Origin: Camelus dromedarius
Lineage: Eukaryota
Assembly: GCF_036321535.1 (NCBI RefSeq)
Contig: NC_087447.1
Span: 48,176,001 to 48,240,000 of the forward strand
Direction of reading: 5' to 3'
Length of the DNA: 64,000 nt
Shown: in pieces, positions 26,415 through 41,436 of the stretch
Layout of the letters: every line of letters begins with the position of its first letter
Position numbering within the stretch: position 1 is the stretch's first letter
Position numbers and translations under genes: made by a program
The notes under the pieces: model-generated
Told to the model about the DNA's origin: nothing
Database searches by the model: none
What the model saw: the letters and a program-made list of their open reading frames with translations, nothing else

Positions 26415-29400
26415 CTGTGGAAAAGAGAGACGTGATAATTGGGAAGGAAATTTTAGCGAATGGTATCAAGTTAAAGGAGGATGCTCACTGGATGGTGAGT
26501 TAAAGGAAATGGCTTCTGGGTTATTCCAGAGAACTTAGCATAATGAAAGCACATTAAAATGTCCATTTATTCTATAAATGAATACCATATGAAAAGCATT
26601 ATGCCAAATACAAAGAGGAATAAAGATATGATCCTTGCTTTCCAACTGGTGAGATTGGACATGAACAAACAGCTAAGAAATCAGCAGCAAAAATATCATT
26701 TGAGTTATAAAAACAAAGTACTATAGGAACTCAGAGTAAGGATTGTTCACTTAGTTAAACTGTATTGTGGCATTCCTGTCTTATTATGAGTTAGGTTCTT
26801 AAGTTAGTGTATGTATAGAGAAAGTCAGTCTAGTCAAAATTACCCTTGACAATTCCTTAGGAAATAACTGTTAGAAACCACAACACCTCCTCCCAAGTCC
26901 AGCAGAGCTGGCTTTTCCTGCATCACTGCAAAGAGCACCAGTGGAAGTGGTTGGCTTCTGTTTAGAGGTATGATGCCATGAAAGATATCTTCAAAAGGAT
27001 AATCACAGTCAAGCCTGGTGTTATGTTCGCTTTGAGAGGCATGGGAAATACAAACTGACTGAAGGAATAACAGATTCATACCTTCAACTTTATGCCCAAA
27101 TCGAGCCATCCACTTACTGGGTAGAATAGCAAGTGAAAGTGCTTATTTCAATCATTTCTCTTTTTGTTAGGCATGTAACATAAAATTCCTACAATTAAAT
27201 GCACATATAATGTAACTGCCTTGTACCAAGTACCTGCTTACTGGAAGCATTGTCTGAAGTTCTCTAGGGACACAGAAATAAACAAGACGTAATTTTTAAA
27301 TTCAAGGAGCTCACAGTTTGGCAAAGGATAGGGATTCTAACAATTCTGTGTGTTACAATGTGATTAGTGCTGTAAACTAAGGGAGCAGAGAATGATTTAA
27401 GAATAAAGATGTAAGAAGGCCCCAATCAGGCAGCTGAGAAAAGTCCATACACAATGACATCTGAACTGGGATTTAAATGCAGTTTTTAAGATTTCACTTG
27501 GCTGAAAAACATACCGTGCAAAGCACTCAGAGTTTAAGTGCTCCATAAATGTTGCTGAGTTAAAATGAGAAGAAACAGAAAGAACAGAAGGCCTGGGATG
27601 GAAAAATCAAACTGTGAGTAATCTGTTTACAGAAAGAAGCATAGAAAAGGAGTAAATCTTTATCTGTAGGCAATAGTCTGATGGGGTAGGATCAAGAAAG
27701 ACTTGAGAAGAAGTATAATTGTTTTGGTCCTATAACATTTAGTAGCATTTTGAAGATGTACAAAAATTAGGCATTGGCTTCAGTATTCAACCAAAACCAG
27801 CTATTAGACTTAAAACTGCAGAATGCTTACCTTAACGTTATTTCTAGTACTCCAGAAATTGTGCATGATCAAAGATCATGTGGCTGTGTAAATTACCATT
27901 AATCAAATCAATGTAATATTAATTGTATAAGATGGACTCATTTGGATTAATATATGAATACTCAGTTTCAAATATGTATCAGCATTCTAGATCTAGATAC
28001 AAGAATAAAATGCTGCAATAATTAATATCTGTGAAAGCTGTTAATTTTATAAACAAAAATAACTTAAAATTTACAGAAGCAAAATGAATATAGAAATAGA
28101 CTGACACAGTGCATTAGATAACTCTAGGAAGAGTATTATACCCTTTCAAAATTAGCAAGTGTTTAATTAATTAACTAATGCAGGCAAAATTGGACAATAA
28201 TTCTTTTTAAGTTTTTATATATTAGCATTAGATAATAAATTAAGAGCAGAATGCCAACTCTGTCAGCTCAAAATTTTATACATCAGGAAAAGCCTAACAC
28301 CCATTAAAAATCACTTTTCATCGGACATAAAGAATAAGAAGAAAAATGTATTTTACGGAAGATAAGAAAGTTTGGAAAAAATGTGCTCCTCCACCAACAT
28401 CAACTGAGAACAGCCATCTATTTAGCACTGCAAACTGGCAATAAGTATATGACTACTGGAATAATCTAGCAGCTGACAATGTGGCACTAGACTAAATCTT
28501 GTAACTCAGAAATTCATTCTACCATGGTGATACTCAGTTTTGGCCTCAATGATTTTCAAGAATGGTGAGGTAGTCCAGACTGACTGAAGCACAGAATATA
28601 TAAAAGGATTGGAATGAAGCTATATATTTTGAAGGCCAGGCTAAGAAAGACCTGCAGAGAATACTGACTTTATCCTGGTAAAGTAAGGTGTTAAAAAAAA
28701 AAAAGCAGTTTGTATTAGGACTTCTATCGATGATTCCAGTGTCTTACTATGACTACAAAGACATACAAATTGCACATTGAAAGTAAAAGATATTGGGGTG
28801 GATGGCTGAAAACTAAAAGGTGAAGTATTTACATTCTGGGTGGGCCACTTACATGATAGGTTATCTTTCTGTTCTTCAACTTTCTCATCTGTAAAATGGG
28901 CTTAAGATAATAGTACACTTAACTGACTTGTGAAAATTAAGGAAAATCATTATGTAAATGGCTTAGGACTGATCTGTTATAAAAGAAGTCTTTCATAAAC
29001 AGCAGCTCTATTTCTATCAGAGACTAGTTACAATAACCCATGGTCCTGTGGGCTAAGGGAACAAAGTATCTTTCCAAATGTTATGAAATTCTGCAAGAAT
29101 TCTAGGGCTATAGCAAACCACTAACAGGCATAAAATTCTGCTTTAAGAAACTATGAAAAACTGATAGGAAAATCGCAGGGGTTAGGCGAGACCTTCTGAA
29201 AACATCAGAGCAGAAATGAAATGTTCTCACTGAGGAACATCTAGAAACCTTCCCCAAGATCTCATAGCTTGCTCTGACATGAAGTATTTATTAAACTGCC
29301 TATCTGTTCAAGATGCATAATCTTTCTGGCTCTAAAGGATATCAAAGTTTATTATGGGCTAGTTTAGAAATTGAATTTTTTTTTCATGGGGAGGCACAGG

Positions 29401-30577
29401 GAAGATCTGTTTAACTTCTGTGAAAATGGAATGAGATTTACAAGTTTCGAGGTTTTTTAAGAAATTAAAATAGATTCTAATTAGTGAAAAGTGCATAACT
29501 AATGAGGTCTTCCAAGGAAGGTATTATTAAGAGTCACACTCATCTACCTATTGTCATAATATAACACAGTATTTAATGTGTTTACAGAAAGCATAGAATT
29601 TGAACCAAGAAACTCTAGTACTAACTACCGCATTATTACAGCTTTGTGACTTCAAAGATATAAATTTCTCTAATCCTTAGATTTCTTCTAATAAAAAGGG
29701 GGACATAGTTGTGAGGTTCAAAGGATACAGTGATGTTCCGTCTTCCTTGGAATATCTTCCCCTGCTCCCAATCCAAACTGTCTAGCTGACAGATCCTTCA
29801 GGATCCATTCCCTGATAATTCCTGAGAAAACCTCCCTAACCCACTCCTAGATTTTTTCAATCTCATTATCTTCCAATCTAATCAAGTATTTCCATATATT
29901 CTAATAGCACCCTATATTTCTTCTTTCAGAGCTTTGATTATACTGACTGTAGTGGCCTAGTCTTTCTCTCTAGACTTTAAACGCTGGAGGGCAAGGCTTG
30001 TATTTCATATTTGTTACCCTAGTACCTGACATGTAGTAGATATTTTTAAAAATGCTACTTGAAAGAATGGCTAATGGGTGTGAAAACACAGTAGAAAGCA
30101 CAGAGTGCAGTACAAATAGTTGATTAGTGCCTTTATCTACTGGCTTGAGTCCACTTGCATCTGAATTCTCAGATAATTCCTTAGGCATGACTATCCATAA
30201 TACTATTTAGCAGATGACCACAGATCTGAGAAAGTCTGTTCTTTTATACAGTGAAGGAAAAAACCAGGAATGCTTATGCCCACTGAATCCTTCCAACCCC
30301 TAAAAACAGGCAACAAAAGAAATCAATGTACTCAGTTTCTTGTAAAAAAGGAAGTTATAAAAAGGGTTTTAAATTTATATGCAGAGTGAAAGTGAAGAAA
30401 AACTCTGATAAACTTTAACCTGATGAAAAAAAGAAATGCTGCTGAAAATCTCCAATGAAACATAAAAAAGGATTCAATTAACATAAGCAAATATAATGGG
30501 AGAAAATGACAATTAAGAGGAACCAGAACATCAACCGGTAGATTAGAGAAATACACACTTAAAGAAAGCAGTAAGCT

Positions 30578-30715
30578 GGGAAAGGTACAGCTCAGTGGCA
30601 GAGCGCCTGTTTAGTATGCACGAGGTCCTAGGTTCAGTTACCAGTACCTCCATTTAAAAAATAAGTAAATAAATAAACCTAGTTACCTCCACTCAAAAAT
30701 AAAGAAAGAAAAATA
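30578..30715 (+). mobile_element. tRNA-derived SINE (vic-1-like)
   Basis: SINE head and tail. TSD aagaaagca(g/a)taagc. Confidence 0.87.
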
Positions 30716-30890
30716 AAGAAAGCAATAAGCCTCCATTATCTACAAAGCTAAATATATGAGACACAGAGAGTAAATAGGTTATCATGACCCCATAGATTTC
30801 CCCCTATCCTTTTATTTTACCTTAGAAAGTAATTAGAATACTTCAGGAAAGCTTTTTTGAAAGGTTATGCGTGAAGTCCTTCCTCTGGAC

Positions 30891-31070
30891 CAGTAGTTCT
30901 CTACACCTAGTGTGCATCGGAATTACCTGGGAAACTTAAACAAAACACCAGATGCTTGGGTCCCATCCCTAAAGACAGATTCAACTAGTTTGGTGTGGGG
31001 CTGGGTCATTAGATCATTTCATTCAAAGATCTCCAGATGACAACACGCTGTAAGAGTTAAAGATCGACAC
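30891..31070. mobile_element. MER5-like hAT fragment
   Basis: cagtagttctc...tgcatcggaattacctggga. A similar fragment lies at ~36590-36760. Confidence 0.55.
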
Positions 31071-31810
31071 TGTAACAATAATTTGTAAGGAGCGTGAAGT
31101 AATCAATCGAATCAAGTAAGGCAAGAAAGAAGCTAATACCGAGTGTTTAACTTAACCTATTTTCTCATTTGAATCCTTGCAGTAATTCTGGGAAAACTGT
31201 GTAACTTCTGTTCTAGGTTTTCTCTCTAAAATCAGTGCAACAACAGCAGCTGACTTAAGAGGACTGTTACACGGATTCATTCCTGTATTCAACAAGTATC
31301 TAAGCACTTACATATTCTGTATAAAGTGCTTGGTAGAAAGACAACAAAGAAATGTTTTAAAGTTAATATTTATTACATAATATTTATACCACGCTCTCTA
31401 GATAGTCTTGTTTTATATGTTAATTTCTCTTCTTCCTTGGAGTATTCCCTGTCTTTTATCTATCCAAATCAAATATACTTCTCAAGGGCTTAGCTCAGAT
31501 TGCAGCATTTTTAAACAAAGCCTTCCTTCATCATCCTAACTGTATATGATCTTACTCATTTCTGCATCAAATATAATTCCTTGTGCCAACATCCATTTTA
31601 CATCTCAATAATAACTGTGGATATTACTCTGTAGCACTTGCTAGGCATTTATCATGTACTACCTACCTTTCACTGCATAGTTTTCATGAGAATGTGACTC
31701 TTTTCAACTGTAAGTTTTTTGAAGTCAAGAATCATATTTTACATAATTTTATGTACTCCAAAGAACATACAGTTGTCTCACATAATGTAGGCACTTGATA
31801 GCTATGGAAT

Positions 31811-31862
31811 AAGGTATGTGATAAAGTACAAGATTAAAGGTATGTGATAAAGTACAAAATTA
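31811..31862 (+). repeat. 26-bp tandem duplication
   Basis: aaggtatgtgataaagtacaa(g/a)atta twice. Confidence 0.9.
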
Positions 31863-33439
31863 AGACCTGCCATGAGCCAAGAACTGTGGTTGACATGCAA
31901 TATAGTGGTGTAGGAAAGATACCACCCCTACCAATGCTTAAAGTAAATATGCTTTCTCAGCAGGTATAATATGCACACATGTGTGCACAAATATACAATT
32001 CCACTGTGAATAGTACATAAGCTTTTATTTTCTTGTTAGTGCTGATGCCCATCAGCTATCACTGATTTCTCACAAAGTCCTCCCTTCTCTTTCAAACAAA
32101 TCTTTTTTCTTCTGACAAGCGTTGATGATTTGAGAAGTTAAAGGTCAAGGAGTGTTTCAGTTCCTTTTCCATTTTCCAGTATTGTAAAATTAGAGAATAT
32201 AATAAGAAGGGTGATACCTACATACTTAGTACTTCACTGAAAGAATGTACTAATTCTGAAATGAAAAGTGAGGTGGAGCCTTAAATAATCACCTTATCAT
32301 TACCATTTCCTTCAGCAATTTAAACACCAGACCACTTTCACAAAGAAAGCATTATTAATGCTTTTCTAAAAAGGAATTAAAAAAATAAAGGGTAAATTTT
32401 TCTTTGGCTATCTTTTTATGACATATTGAATAGGATGAAAAACACTATTTAAATATCCTATAAAATACGAGAGCTCATGTTAGGTTACTATTATTTATTC
32501 TAGTTCTAGCCTTGATAGTTTTTATTTAAAAACTACAACAATTTGTTTAAAACCAAAACAGGGCTTTAGGGTTAAGTGCTTAAATCAGACTAAAGAGCAA
32601 AAAGTTTGAAGCAAAGAACATTTTTAAATAAGAAGAAAAAGTAGCAGTATTGGGTAGGATTAAATTTGTTTTAAGCCAAAGTTCTCACTAAGGCCCAATT
32701 ACTCGAATGATGTTTAGACATTAAATGATGCATTAGTGAAATCTCTCCTAGAATAATTTAAAAAGGAAAGAGAGCGACAGAGAAAGCCCATCTTAAGCTT
32801 TTATTACTATAATATTATAATCAAGTACATGATAATAACTGGATAATAATACCTGGAGGTATGGTGGAGAATGTCAGAGAAAATGTCTCCAAAGAGCTGA
32901 CATCTAAACTGAAACTTAAAAGGATGAGTAGGTATCAGTCAGGAAAGGAGAAAATGAATATTCTGAGCAAAGAGAACAGCATGAACAAAGATATGGAACC
33001 ATGGAAGAGTACACTGTGAGGAGAGAATTAGTGACAAGTCAGTATTACTTACAAATGTTTAAAGGCAAGAAGAGATGGGAAGTAAAGAGCCAAAAATGAA
33101 AACAATAGAGAGAATTTTCCTTAAAGCTCTACTTATTCAGTTTCAAGGATTTTATTTTAACCCTCTATTGATAAGCTAGAATTAAAAAAATAATAATTTA
33201 TTGGTCTGTAAATCCTATAAATTTGAGACTACTCCTTCATACAACCTATAGCCCTGAAGAATAAAGCAGGTGAGTTTTTGGCTACCCTATCTTTTAGAAA
33301 GCAGTTTGATAATGTGAGGTCCCCCCATATTTTCCTGCCCCCAAAGATTCCTGTTACAAACACTGTAAGAACACCAGCAGTTTATTAAGGATAAAGTAAC
33401 CAGAATGTATTTTTACAACAAACAAAACACCATGCCTGA

Positions 33440-33727
33440 ACAGAAACAGACTCATAGACATAGAATTCAAACTTGTGGTTGCCAGAGGGACAGTGGGTGG
33501 GAAGGGACAGACTGGGATTTCAAAATGTAGAATAGATAAACAGGACTGTACTGTGTAGCACAGGGGAATATATATAGGATCTTGTGGTGGCTCACAGAGA
33601 AAGAGAATGTGACAATGAATGTATGTATGTTCATGTATAACTGAAAAATTGTGCTCTATACTGGAATTTGACATTGTAAAATGACTATAACTCGATTAAA
33701 AAAATGTTAAAAAAAAAAAAAAAAAAC
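33440..33727 (+). mobile_element. Short 5'-truncated L1 3' end with poly(A)
   Basis: L1 3' UTR motifs, A-tail, perfect 12-bp TSD caccatgcctga (33428/33728). Confidence 0.9.
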
Positions 33728-34069
33728 CACCATGCCTGATAGCAAATACTTGCTTTACCATAATCTTACCATCAAAAACTAAAATGAGGGAAATTTACCT
33801 CAAAACAATGCAGTAGGGATGTAGTAAGAGTATGGTGAGTTTACAACCTAGCAATCACATAATCTTGTAATCATAATGAAATACTTGTCCTATAAACAAT
33901 CTGAAAAGTTTGGCAAACTTTTCCCAAACTATGTCACATTTAGATTTTTTTCACTGTTCAATGATATGTTTCTAATTCATGAGGCCTGCTATTGCTAAGA
34001 GGAAGAAAATCTTACACTAGAGAATAGAAAACTCACACAATTTAAAGTTTTTTCAATTTGATAACCTCA

Positions 34070-34291
<222 letters not shown>

Positions 34292-35389
34292 TTATACAGG
34301 CAATACTAGTTTGAAAATTCATCAAGCTGCAATACACTTAAAATTTGTGCACTTCCATGTGTATGTTATACCTAACTAAACATTTCTTTTAAAGGCATTT
34401 TTTAACGTTTTGCTTTTACTTGCTGAGCTCACCTTCTATTTTTTTTAATTTTTAAAAATCTTAATAGTCTGCTATTTTCTCTTAATATCAGATTATAAGT
34501 ATTTAGCTTTGTGATTTAAAATTTCTGTGTAAAATAATTTTTTATGGCTAGATAATGTCAATTTGTTACCATAATTTATGTAAACAGTCCAAAACTGTTA
34601 GAAATATAAGCTGTTTTCAAATTTTACACTACTATGAATCATGCTGCTATGTACATCTTTGTGCACTTTGCATCATTTCTTTAAGTTGGATTCTGTGGAA
34701 TTCTACAAGTGGAACAAGTGAGTCGAAAGACATACATTACAAAGTCTCTTGATACATGGTATTAATTCATGTCAATACTTCTTTTACAGGGCATTTTGTG
34801 ATACATTATAATCAGCAGTGCCTCTCAAATTGTGAGAGATTCAAGTGCGAGACTATCTCATTTATCTTGGCGTTCCTAGTGCCTAGCTATCACATTGGTG
34901 TTTAATAAATATGCATGTATTCTAATTAAATGAGTCTGAACTATCAGCTAACAAATCCGGCTTCTTACAACACAGAAAACCAAAGCAAAGCAAGAGAACT
35001 TCTACAAGCTCCCACCAAAATCTATCCTCCAATCTATGTGTGTGTGTGCCTTATATTCTACCTCTGGTCTTACTACTATGGAGGAACTGTCCTTACTCCC
35101 CAAACTTACAGCTATTTACTAGATTCCACTCTTTTCTTGTCTACAAGAAGATATTATACTAGAATTTGTCAACTTTCTAAAAACAAAATCATTCTCTTAT
35201 GTAAGAATCCAGCTATTAATGCTTTACTATATCTGCTTGTTTTATCCTCTTGTTCTCTATGTATTTATGTATATGCATATAAATTTTTTAAAAAACATTT
35301 TTTTCTTAGCAATTTGAGAGTAAGTTGACAATCAGCACATACCTTTAGCCCTAAATATTTCAGCATTGTGAATTTCCTAAAAACAATTA

Positions 35390-36490
35390 TGTCAGATGCC
35401 CTAAAATTTACTCCTTGGACGTCTTCTCTACTACAGTTACTCCCTTGGTGATTTCATGCAGTCTTACGGTTTTAAATACCATCTATATGCTGATGACTCT
35501 CAAACATGTATCTAGCCTGGACTACTGCTCTGAACTCCATACTCATACAGATAACTGCCTACCTAACACGTAATTATCAGGATAACTAAGCCATTCTAAA
35601 CTTAAAATGACCAAAAGCTTAAGTCATATTCCCCCTAAACCGTCTCTTTATTGCAGTCTCTTCTACAGTCAGTTAATGACAGTTATTCAGGCCAAAAATC
35701 TAGGTGTTATTCTTGACTCCTCCTTCTCCCACATCCCATATTCCATCCATTAATATATATTCCACCCTGACAGTTCTATCTTCAAAACATATCTGAATTT
35801 GACCACTCATCAGCACACAAGCTACTACTCTCCCAGTCCAAATCATCATCATTTCTTGCTTGGAATAAAGTCTGGGTTAGCCTCCTCACTTCTACCCTTA
35901 CATATTTTCAACCTATGAAAAGTTACTCCCTGCTCCCTGCTCCAACTGCCCAAACATTCAGAAAGTCTACACTTTGCAATCTATACAACCTGGCTTTCTT
36001 CTTCTTCTTCTTTTTTTTTTTTTTAACTTAAACTCACTGCCTACTACTCTTGCCATCATTGTCTTTATCAGCTATATAGGCCTTCTTGCTCTCTTTCCAA
36101 TAAACTAAGTGTATTTCAAACTCTGTGATTTTGCATTTTCTGAGCCATCTGCCTAGGACCTTTTTCTCCTCAAGATATCTGCATAGTTAGCTCCCTTACT
36201 TCCTTAGTGTCTCTACTCAAAAGTCACCACTCATCTTCTTGGTGAAGTCTTCCATTGCTATTCCATCTAGTATTTCAGACTCACCCTTGACATTTCATAT
36301 TCCTTTTCCCTGCTTAATTTTTACCCTTAGCATGTATCAAACATGTATTTTTTAAAAAATCTATTTACTGCCTGGTTTACTCTCTGGAATAAAAGCTCCT
36401 TGAAAACTTGTCTTTTTTGCTCACTATCCTAGAGCATCATATTCTGAAACATAACTGATCCTTAATAAACATATCCTGAATGAATGACTA
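35390..36490 (+). mobile_element. LINE-2 3' fragment
   Basis: L2-like motifs (atctatatgctgatgactctcaaa; ttcttgactcctc) and a tail ending aataaa...tgaatgaatga. Confidence 0.7.
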
Positions 36491-37728
36491 CTAGTCTATA
36501 AATCCTGCACATGAAGGATTCCAGGCAGAAATCTTTTCTGGTTTTATAACTATGTCATCCCAATAAAATGGTTGAAGATTAGCTTTAGCAATGGTTCCAA
36601 CTGTGGTTTGAGTTTATCAAAAGCACCTAGAAAGATTCTTTAAAATATAGATTCAAGGGCCCTACTCTAGACTAACAGAATCATGGTATCTGGAAGTAGG
36701 ATCAAAAACCTTAAAAATTTTAAAGTTGTCCATGATCCTTTATAGTCAGAATCTTATAAGAGGATCTAATAAGCCACATTTACGAAGTGATTCTCAGGTT
36801 TTAAACATTTGGGAATCACTGGGCTACAGAAGAAAGAGTACTGAGCATCTAGGTAATTATATTGAGACAATGAAGCAGATGTATTCTGGCCTTTCCTCCA
36901 ATATTTTACAAGAAAAGTACTTAACTGTCAAAGAAAGTGATAAAGTCATTTAACTTTGAATCATTTTTATTAAAACTTTTTTCTGATTACACAAGTAATT
37001 ATTTTTTAAAAGACGAATAATTACAATAAACTCTTCTATACTCTCACTTCCTTCCCAAAGATAACTACAGTTAAGTTCCATGTATGCTTATGTAGATTTG
37101 TTCTAGGCCAAAGAATATGAATATATCTCTATATATCTACTATCTTATTTTTTTTTTAACCCGAAGGATATCATGCTATATATACACTGATCAAGTGTAT
37201 TTCTAACCTTCATGTGTTACACAGCAATAAATTCCTCTCATTCTTTTTAGTGGCTATAAGAATTTCATTTACAAAATGCTACTACTAATAATAGACATTT
37301 AGACAGATTTTAATTTTTTAATATTATAAATAATGTTGCAATAATAATTCTATATACTCATCTTTTCACAATTCTGTGGGTTTATCTGTGGAATAAATTA
37401 CTGGAGGCGGATTTGAGTCAATGAGTATTTTAAATTCTGATATTATTAAACTGTTTCTCCCCAATATTGTATTAATTACGTTTTCAATATACAAGAGTTT
37501 TTGTTTATTCAGACTCTTGATGATACTGTGCATTATCAATCTTCTGAATAATGACTGATATAACAGGTGAATATGATCTTTATATTTATGTATTCAAACT
37601 TATCAATCTTTCCCTTTATGGCTTCTGCATTCCATGTCATGCTTATAAAAAGCCCCCCACTACCAAAATATTTTCTTTTAATGCTTTTTAAAAAAATTTA
37701 AAACTTTTATTCACTTAAAAATTATTCT

Positions 37729-37880
37729 GGGGGAGGGGAGGGTATAACTCAGTGGTAGAGCACATGTTTAGCATGCACGAGGTCCTGGGTTCAATCCCCA
37801 CGACCTCCATTAAAAAAATAATAAAATCAATAAATAAACCTAATTTCCTCCCCTCCACAAAATAAAATAAAATAATGAAT
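37729..37880 (+). mobile_element. tRNA-derived SINE (vic-1-like)
   Basis: ggggagggtataactcagtggtagagc...GGTTCAATCCC, A-rich tail. Confidence 0.88.
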
Positions 37881-39075
37881 GAACAAGGCTCTAATTCTTT
37901 TAAATGTGAATAGCTGAAGGGCAATAGTCTGACAGAAAGTACTAAGATGGTAATTCTAAAGCAATGGAGAAATATTACCTGAAAGAAAAATTGTAAATTC
38001 TTAAATTAAATTTGTAGCATTTCTGTACTCAATTGAAATAGTACACAATAAAGGAATAGATGCTTATAAGCACCCTTTTAGATAACTCTGGCTATAAAGG
38101 GAAATTCAGATATATAATATTTTTTTTAAAAATTAAGGTATTGAGGGGCTCTCCACTAAAGAATATATACCTACTGACCTTCAAATTCTCATATTGAAGA
38201 TAAATAAAATAGTGAAATTTTATATGACAGCAAATCCAAAAACGTCAGAAAATGATTATCATAAAGAATAGATGAAGTCATACGCTGAATTTACTTTTAA
38301 ACTAAAAAAGCTTTCTTGCCAATTTCAAATGAGGTACTATGGGCAGAAGTGGGCTTAACACTTTCACAAGCTTTTGAACATACCAGATTTCTTCACAACA
38401 TTTTAATTAATAGCACAAGTTCGTTACCGAATTTCAATATCTAACTAATGAATAAACAATAAATAGTAAAAGCTTCTAGTATTAAATAAATGGTCAAGAC
38501 TATTTAAAGCATAAAGAATATCCAGTAGATCACTTAAGAATGCTAAAAGCAGATATTCAAGCCACGGGTTCTACTGTGAATGTTAATAAATTTTGCATCC
38601 TGTGACTTGAATGTAGCTTTGCTCATTTGACTAAGGTATCACAATCAAGCTATTCAGTTCAACCTCACAGTCTGGCTCAATTATACAATTAAAAAGAAAA
38701 GAAAAGAATAAACTACACCACTGAATTAAAATGAATATTTATAAGAAGACTACCAAGCATATGCATTTATAATCATTATGAATACTTTTTAAAGATAGGA
38801 TTTGTTTTTTAAAAACATTTTGTTCTTTAACAGAAAATTGCTCATGTTAATGAGGCCTAAAAATGTAAAATAGTTATTGGCTTCATCTGTCAACGATCTT
38901 TTCTTCCCATGTAAAAAAAAATCTTGCACAAGAGTTATTTACACATGGGCTTACATAAAACAAGAAACTTATTTTCCTTTCAACACTGAGTTTAATGTTT
39001 TACATTTCTATTTCAGGTTCCCACACTAAAGAAAAGAGGAGGTATAAAATTAAAGATTAAACATGTCTCTTTTTA

Positions 39076-39297
<222 letters not shown>

Positions 39298-41078
39298 TTA
39301 GTGTTACTGCAAATGCCTCCCCAAGTGATGGACCAAGAAAGCAAAGAAGAACAAAGGAAAAAAAAAAAAAAAAAGAAAAGAAAAAAGCACTGGAAATTGG
39401 AAGGGGGCTGGCACATTAGGATCCACCTTTATGTGCCTGCAACATAACTCCATTTTATCTGAGTACAACTTTCAGTGAGCTAAACAAATCACAAGAATAA
39501 AATCCTCAAGGTTCCTTTTATAATAGTTTAAAATTTCTGGACATGACCAAATGAGTACAATGTACTTACTATATGCAATAGAAAAAAAAATCATTTTAAA
39601 ATGTAAAGACAGCTATGGCAGATAATATGGTGTCATGTTGCCACAATGCTTTTTTGATTACTTACACATATATACCAAACATGACAAAGAAAGCATCTCC
39701 AAAAAGTTGTGTCAGCCAGTAAGTCCCAACACATCCAGAAAAATCTGTAAAGCCTTTAAACAGCTTTCAACACCACTCAGTTTGCACTGCTTTTTCAGTT
39801 TGTGATCACTTTAACTTGATGTTTATTAATTTAATGCACTAGAATCATTTAAAACAAAATCCATCTTTTCTAGCCCTGGATTCTAAGCAGAGTACTTCAA
39901 TACATTTTATAGCAGCTAAAGAAAACAATTTACTAATATTTTAGCCACATATGCACAAATTTTAAAGAAAAATATACCTGGCTGATTTGGTTAAAGTAAG
40001 CACAAACATTTTAAAGCTGCAAAACTTGTCAAGGCACAATAATGAACATACATTTTTTTAAACAAGTAGCAACCCAAAGTAAAGCTTCAAGAAAAGATTG
40101 ATTGCATTTGGCACCTAACCAAAAAAAAGTCTGAGTGCAAACTTCTAACTTACAATTCTGCCTTTGCAATTATTAAGTAGATATGCCTTTTGGTTGAGCA
40201 AATATACAAAATGTACACTAATAATATTAGTAGCTCCAAATCAATAGTTTGTTTATAAGAAATTTTTTAAAGAAGTCCAAAATGTGGTACTATCTTGGTT
40301 TACCTATAAATTATAGAGCAATATATGGAACTCTGCTTAATATTGCCTAATATAGCATAAACCAATTTACAAAGACAATTTTAATCAGAGCATTTCCCGT
40401 CTGTCACAAATGCTCCATTCAAAATTTACAGTCACTTAAAATGCCAAAGGCATTATTATTCAGTCTTGAGGGAAAAGAAAAAGGAAGACCATTTCTTGTT
40501 TTAGTCTCCCATTAAAATTTTTTTCTTGGAGAGAAATTACAACGTAATTTGTTAGCAACAAAGTAGTCAATCATAGAGTCCAGATATGATTCAAACGAAA
40601 ATGGTTAATAGAAAACTGCACATTATGTTTTCTCTGCCTTCCTCTATAGAGGATGCTAGATGGGGAAAGCAGAGAAAAGTTGGCTAGTGGAAGCTTTTAA
40701 CAGCCTCAGCAGAAGTCTTGAAGGATTCGGAAAACTTGGCAAGAGGCTTAAATGCAGATAATTTTATTTTAGAGAAATCTGACGTCATGTTAAATGAGAA
40801 AGGAGTGTTTCTTTCAACCATAATTATGGTGTCGCTTAGGGGTAACAGGATACTAAGAAAATCTTGGAGAGGATACATAATTGGACCTGAAAGAAAATAT
40901 CCAGGGCAAAAAACCTGGCATGGCAGAAATAAAGCACATTGATACAAACACCAAAGCAAATATTTCTGACCTAGCTGGTCTGTGATAAGGTTTGCTAAAA
41001 CTCATTTTTACATGCCAGTATAGAAAACAAGCACAAGACAAGAACATGCATGCAACTAAGCTAAAGAATGAAAGATTA

Positions 41079-41210
<132 letters not shown>

Positions 41211-41256
41211 CTAACAATAAAATCAGTCAAACAAGCAAGAAAAATAAGAAAGGTCA

Positions 41257-41436
<180 letters not shown>

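Noticed and set aside
34930..35328. 132-aa intronic ORF antisense to RAB6A
   Set aside because: Low-complexity AT-rich translation with no motif, overlapping repeat fragments.
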